This document shows, one piece after another, positions 60,176 to 64,000 of a DNA stretch of 64,000 nt (position 1 is the stretch's first letter; each line of letters starts with the position of its first letter). This DNA is from an uncultured virus (IMG/VR IMGVR_UViG_3300030333_007861). Lineage: Duplodnaviria; Heunggongvirae; Uroviricota; Caudoviricetes. The notes under the pieces are model-generated. The model was not told the DNA's origin, did no database searches, and worked only from the letters and a program-made list of their open reading frames with translations. The stretch lies in IMG/VR virus record IMGVR_UViG_3300030333_007861. One strand, written 5' to 3'. The position numbers were made by a program, and so were the translations under genes.

Positions 60176-61260
60176 AAATCACCAGTCCCGTCCCATAACT
60201 GGCACCTACCTAAACAAAGGCCGTCCCCTTCAAGGGAAGAACAATGTTGATGATAGCCTCTATTCACAATTGAAGAGACATGATAGTTCGTCAACCCCTC
60301 ATCAAAATCTGCCCATCTCAGAGTCTTAACAAAGGAAACAATCCGCGCTATATGTTCATCTCTCATCTCTTGTGTTGTTCGTTCCACCGGTAAGAAATTA
60401 CGAAGTCGACTACCGAGATATATAGCGAGAGACTTTCTCGCATTATGAGGAGGGTTACTACCTACTTGGCAGGCTGCCTCTACCAAGCATGGTAGAATCT
60501 TCACACCTTCCATATTCACAGTATCGAAATGAATAGTTTCACCGGGTACTTTGTTGAATCGCGCCTTTTTTACCTGCTCAATAGGGAGGTCTACACCGTT
60601 ATTCCCATATTGGAAGAGCCCTTCTCGGGAATCTTCTGCCTGCTCGCATACATTATCCCATGTCCATTCTAAGAGTTCATGACTACGGAGGGGAATACTC
60701 CATCTGAGAACGTGACGTTTAGCATTGTAAGAGTTAGGGATTCGTATAAGGCGGGCCATATCGAAAGGCACAGTTGGGTCCATGCAAGTCAAATCAAGGT
60801 CGGCTTTCCATTCATTGATGACTTTCTTACCGGCTGTTTTTATGAGTGAAACTTCACTCCCCGTCGCCGGTCTATGTATTTTAGAGAGTCGAATCCAAAC
60901 ATGGAAACCATTCCCACTGAACCATATTCCGTGATGGATATCTTTGGACATCAGCATCTTGTGGAGTCTTCTGACTTGCTCCAGAACTTTATCTCCCGGA
61001 GCGTCCATAACATTACCGCGCACTCTTTCCTTCCGGTCGAAATCCAGAATGAAATGGCGCACGATGGCAGTGTTATATTCTCCTCTTTTACCACTTGGCT
61101 TCACTGCCCGGAAACCATAAACTGAAGTGTAAGCACATTGAGAGTTCTTCAGGTTAGACCAGTATTTTTCCAAGTCCCTACTGTTATGAACCACCTTCCT
61201 GAATAATCCTACTTCTCTTGGGAAATCAAAATCGAGAAGCCTTTCTCCCATCAGAACCAC
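60172..61260 (-). CDS. Archaeo-eukaryotic primase, PriS-PriL fusion
   Basis: LDFD, FSGNGFH, RLIRIPNS; C-terminal LPCL...HC...C...C Fe-S-type motif. Confidence 0.88.
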   Translation of the reverse strand: MVLMGERLLDFDFPREVGLFRKVVHNSRDLEKYWSNLKNSQCAYTSVYGFRAVKPSGKRGEYNTAIVRHFILDFDRKERVRGNVMDAPGDKVLEQVRRLHKMLMSKDIHHGIWFSGNGFHVWIRLSKIHRPATGSEVSLIKTAGKKVINEWKADLDLTCMDPTVPFDMARLIRIPNSYNAKRHVLRWSIPLRSHELLEWTWDNVCEQAEDSREGLFQYGNNGVDLPIEQVKKARFNKVPGETIHFDTVNMEGVKILPCLVEAACQVGSNPPHNARKSLAIYLGSRLRNFLPVERTTQEMRDEHIARIVSFVKTLRWADFDEGLTNYHVSSIVNRGYHQHCSSLEGDGLCLGRCQLWDGTGDL

Positions 61261-61589
61261 TCATCCAATGTAGTCTGCTTCCCTGTGATATCATTACCTG
61301 TGTTCACATCAAAGAATTCATCAAGCCTCGTTTGTCTACTGGGAGACTCCGCTTCTTCAGCATTCCACCAATCTACCCACTTCTTCAGGTTTCTCCACAA
61401 CTCAATGATATCTATCTCATTAACGAACCATGAATTATCGAGGCGGATATCAATACCCCTCCTACCTGACTTCTCTATCACAAAGCCACGCTCTGGGGAT
61501 TTACCTCCCCATTCAACATAGATTTTAGCGCCATTGATTCTTTCCTGTAGAGCCTCTTGTAGTAGATATGTTATCGCGTTTCTTTTCAT
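61251..61589 (-). CDS. Hypothetical protein with two C-terminal PIP-box motifs
   Basis: QTRLDEFF and QTTLDEWF. Confidence 0.7.
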   Translation of the reverse strand: MKRNAITYLLQEALQERINGAKIYVEWGGKSPERGFVIEKSGRRGIDIRLDNSWFVNEIDIIELWRNLKKWVDWWNAEEAESPSRQTRLDEFFDVNTGNDITGKQTTLDEWF

Positions 61590-62509
61590 TCGTCACCACT
61601 CCTGTATTGAGGACACCATTGCATATATTCACAGCGTGCGCATTTGAAACCTTCACGGTTAGGGTCAGCCATCTTGAAAGACTCTTCCAAATACATCTTC
61701 ACAAGGTCTCCCAGACGTTTCATCATAGCCCGCTCACTCACACGCTTGCATTTCTCATATGATACATGGTCAGCGGCACTATACCTCCAACCCCAGTGAG
61801 TCACTGCACGGTCCAGATTCTTTTCCTGTAATTCCTGAAGGTCACTATTCTCAATGAGCATCTTATAGAATGCCATCTCCATTCTCATCTCTGATAATTT
61901 GTATCTCTCATCCCATTTCCCTGTCTTCAGTTCCATCAAAGCCAGCCCCCCATCATCATCGAGGAAGACGCGGTCAATGATACCGACTAATTGTACAGGT
62001 ACTCCTTCTACCTCTATTCTCGGTGTCAAGATTACTTCATTTGCCACAGGTAGGAAATTCTCAACTGTGGTGTGGGTAAGTCGGGAGGCTTCATGCGCTA
62101 AGAGCCATTGTATATTATGGTTGTAGTCTCTTTCATACAATGGCTCTGCCCGGCTACGCTCATCTCTATTGTTCATAATCTGCTCTGTGGAAGGTAACCA
62201 ATTCTTCAGGGCCCCTTTGACTAAACGCATATCTCCGTTCTTCGCTCTTGCTTGTAGTTCTGGTAGTTCATCTGGTTTCGCGTTGTCGTAAAAGTATTCC
62301 AGAGCATAGTGCACATCGTTTCCAATGACGAGCCATGAGTTGAGTTCAGTCTCCACCTCTGGGTGGTTCTTATTGAGCCACATTTGCTGAGCACACCATT
62401 TAGTACTCACCAATGTAGACTTACTGATACGGATGATAGTATCATCCATTTCAGGAGTCCAACCATATGATGAGCCATCACTGTATATTCTCGGCCCTGT
62501 ATCGCTCAA
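61586..62509 (-). CDS. Cas4-like PD-(D/E)XK nuclease
   Basis: ISKS..WC, G..VH, GIIDR, MELKTG, C-terminal CARC....WC. Confidence 0.85.
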   Translation of the reverse strand: MSDTGPRIYSDGSSYGWTPEMDDTIIRISKSTLVSTKWCAQQMWLNKNHPEVETELNSWLVIGNDVHYALEYFYDNAKPDELPELQARAKNGDMRLVKGALKNWLPSTEQIMNNRDERSRAEPLYERDYNHNIQWLLAHEASRLTHTTVENFLPVANEVILTPRIEVEGVPVQLVGIIDRVFLDDDGGLALMELKTGKWDERYKLSEMRMEMAFYKMLIENSDLQELQEKNLDRAVTHWGWRYSAADHVSYEKCKRVSERAMMKRLGDLVKMYLEESFKMADPNREGFKCARCEYMQWCPQYRSGDE

Positions 62510-62693
62510 GTTCTTCTACCTCCTCTTTGAGTTTCTCGACATAGACTGCCGCATCAAGGAGTTCGTCTTGTAGATGTTGTAACCACTCTTGTAAAGAGAG
62601 GTCACCTCTTTCCATACTCACCCCGTATGTGTCCAGTCCTTTCTCTGCGCGCTTTTCAATGCGGTCAACAACACGCTTTTCAAATTTAGACAT
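62478..62693 (-). CDS. Small all-alpha protein, possible nucleotide pyrophosphatase-like
   Basis: R..KG...YG....R...WL.HLQDELLDA..Y pattern. Confidence 0.55.
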   Translation of the reverse strand: MSKFEKRVVDRIEKRAEKGLDTYGVSMERGDLSLQEWLQHLQDELLDAAVYVEKLKEEVEELERYRAENIQ

Positions 62694-62778
62694 CGAAAGT
62701 CAAACCCCATTCAGTCAGCGTCGTTTGTGTCGTCCCGTTCTCTATTTCCATATTCCATTCTGTCAGTTTTCTTTGCAT
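62686..62778 (-). CDS. 30-aa tandem PIP-box microprotein MQRKLTEWNMEIENGTTQTTLTEWGLTFDV
   Basis: Hand-translated; GGTGA RBS overlapping the polB stop; stop overlaps the next start region. Confidence 0.7.
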   Translation of the reverse strand: MQRKLTEWNMEIENGTTQTTLTEWGLTFDV

Positions 62779-62783
62779 TTTTT

Positions 62784-64000
62784 TCACCACCATCCGTAGT
62801 TCTTCGGTCTTGGTGCCCCGAGTGCTCCCTCAAGGTCCCATTCGAGTGTGTCGTACACACTCTTCAGTTTCGCTTTCACCATCTTCTGAAGGATGGTTTC
62901 AGCATCGAGTTCGAAACCTTCTATATCAGAAGGCTCACGGAACCCGACAATGTCAGTCACCTCCATACCTGAAGGTGTTGATGACACGTAAGTCCATTTG
63001 ACAGAGTCCCCCTTCTTGAAGGGGTCATCTCCCATGTTTCTGTTGTAGTAATCGGCGGCTTTACTGCCACCGCTCAATGTTTTGTAATCTCTCAGATTCA
63101 TTCCTAAACGTGTAGAGAGAGATACACGTTTGATGTCAATGACACCTTCACGTAAGTCCTTAGAAAGGGGGAGAAGGACTTCAGATACTTCGCCTTCTGA
63201 CGCCCCATTCAAGACCATTTCAAATACCAGCCTCTGTACTTCTTTAGAGAGGGGTGCAGTATTGCTCGCCTTTAGGCCGAACCCTGCTACTTTCATCTTC
63301 CCTTCTTCTTCAACAGGCCATTCGATGCGACCAACATAGCGATTCTTTTTCGCTAATAACCAGTANNNNNNNNNNACATTCGTATCCACGCTCAGAAGAG
63401 ACCTTGTCTAATAATCGTATGCATCTTCTACCCTCACTTGTGATGGTATGAGCGATGTCTGCGTCAGCCCAACCATATCCAATGTGTGCAGTCATACCAT
63501 AAAGGGAAGCCATGACTCTCTTTACAGCAGACTGGGTTGTGTTCCAAGCATCTCTTTCTTCGACACTCTTAGCATGCTTCATGTTCTCTTTACAGATTGC
63601 GCGATATTCGAAAAGATAGTCGACCACTTTAGGTAGAAGCCCTTTCTCTCTCTGGTCCCAGTAAGACCCATTCTCCAATTGAGTAATACCTTCCCCGGGC
63701 CCATCACGTTTTGTTTCATAGGATAAATTATGCCCAACGATAAGAGAAGGGTATAGTCCCTTGTAATCGATAATGGCAACTCCCTCATGGAGACCAGTCA
63801 CACAATTCAACCCTACTTCTGCGCCTTTCAATTTCTGGTCATCAGATGCACGGAAACGCGATGCTGCCTTACGTTGTGTTCTACGTGATAGAAGCCCGCG
63901 TGCAAAGTTCGTGACGTTACAGGCTGACTGTAGACTGACCCCACAGAGACGAACCATCTCTACATAGAAGTCTGTCACGTTTCGCGCCTCGTCAATACCA
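62784..64000 (-). CDS. polB: Family B DNA polymerase, C-terminal part (5'-truncated by the window; N gap 63366-63375)
   Basis: DYKGLYPS (region II), K...ASLYG (III), KKNRY and VAGF; the region I catalytic motif falls in the gap. Confidence 0.93.

Noticed and set aside
61586..62509. Cas4 as evidence of CRISPR-Cas
   Set aside because: It is a solo Cas4-like nuclease in a replication operon, which is common in archaeal viruses
63310..63451. Split or frameshifted polB
   Set aside because: The break coincides with an N gap that hides the catalytic region I; treated as an assembly artefact
1..64000. tRNA/rRNA genes, integrase, transposase, reverse transcriptase (DGR)
   Set aside because: None recognised by eye; intergenic spaces are mostly too short. 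tRNAscan was not run

Overview
This window is a gene-dense segment of a large tailed dsDNA virus (Caudoviricetes) with an archaeal host. The gene set most resembles Magroviruses of Marine Group II Euryarchaeota (Poseidoniales); this is inferred from gene content, not from a database hit. The + strand (1-55520) carries the morphogenesis block: large disordered head-associated proteins, terminase large subunit, a LAGLIDADG-domain protein, a portal with Cys-rich insertions, a 1943-aa protein ending in a catalytically eroded ATP-dependent DNA-ligase fold, prohead protease/scaffold, HK97-type major capsid protein, neck and tail genes with a -1 frameshift site before the tape measure, a 5693-aa LamG-containing tail protein, a tail fibre and a cluster of small genes. 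The - strand (55596-64000) carries a converging archaeal-type replication block: thermosome, DEDD exonuclease, MCM-like helicase, ERCC4/XPF nuclease, PriS-PriL primase, Cas4-like nuclease and PolB. The most striking unexplained signal is a ~10-aa tag, [P/A]-phi-[D/N/S]-phi-[A/S]-W-x-phi-L-K, on at least seven otherwise unrelated proteins. At 54.3-55.5 kb it is encoded by near-identical 30-bp direct repeats that each head a different cargo module, and it may be a capsid-targeting and protease-cleavage system. Also notable are an unannotated 30-aa tandem PIP-box microprotein after polB and a ~110-aa module inserted, once nested, into four virion proteins. Two N gaps are present (9311-9320, 63366-63375).
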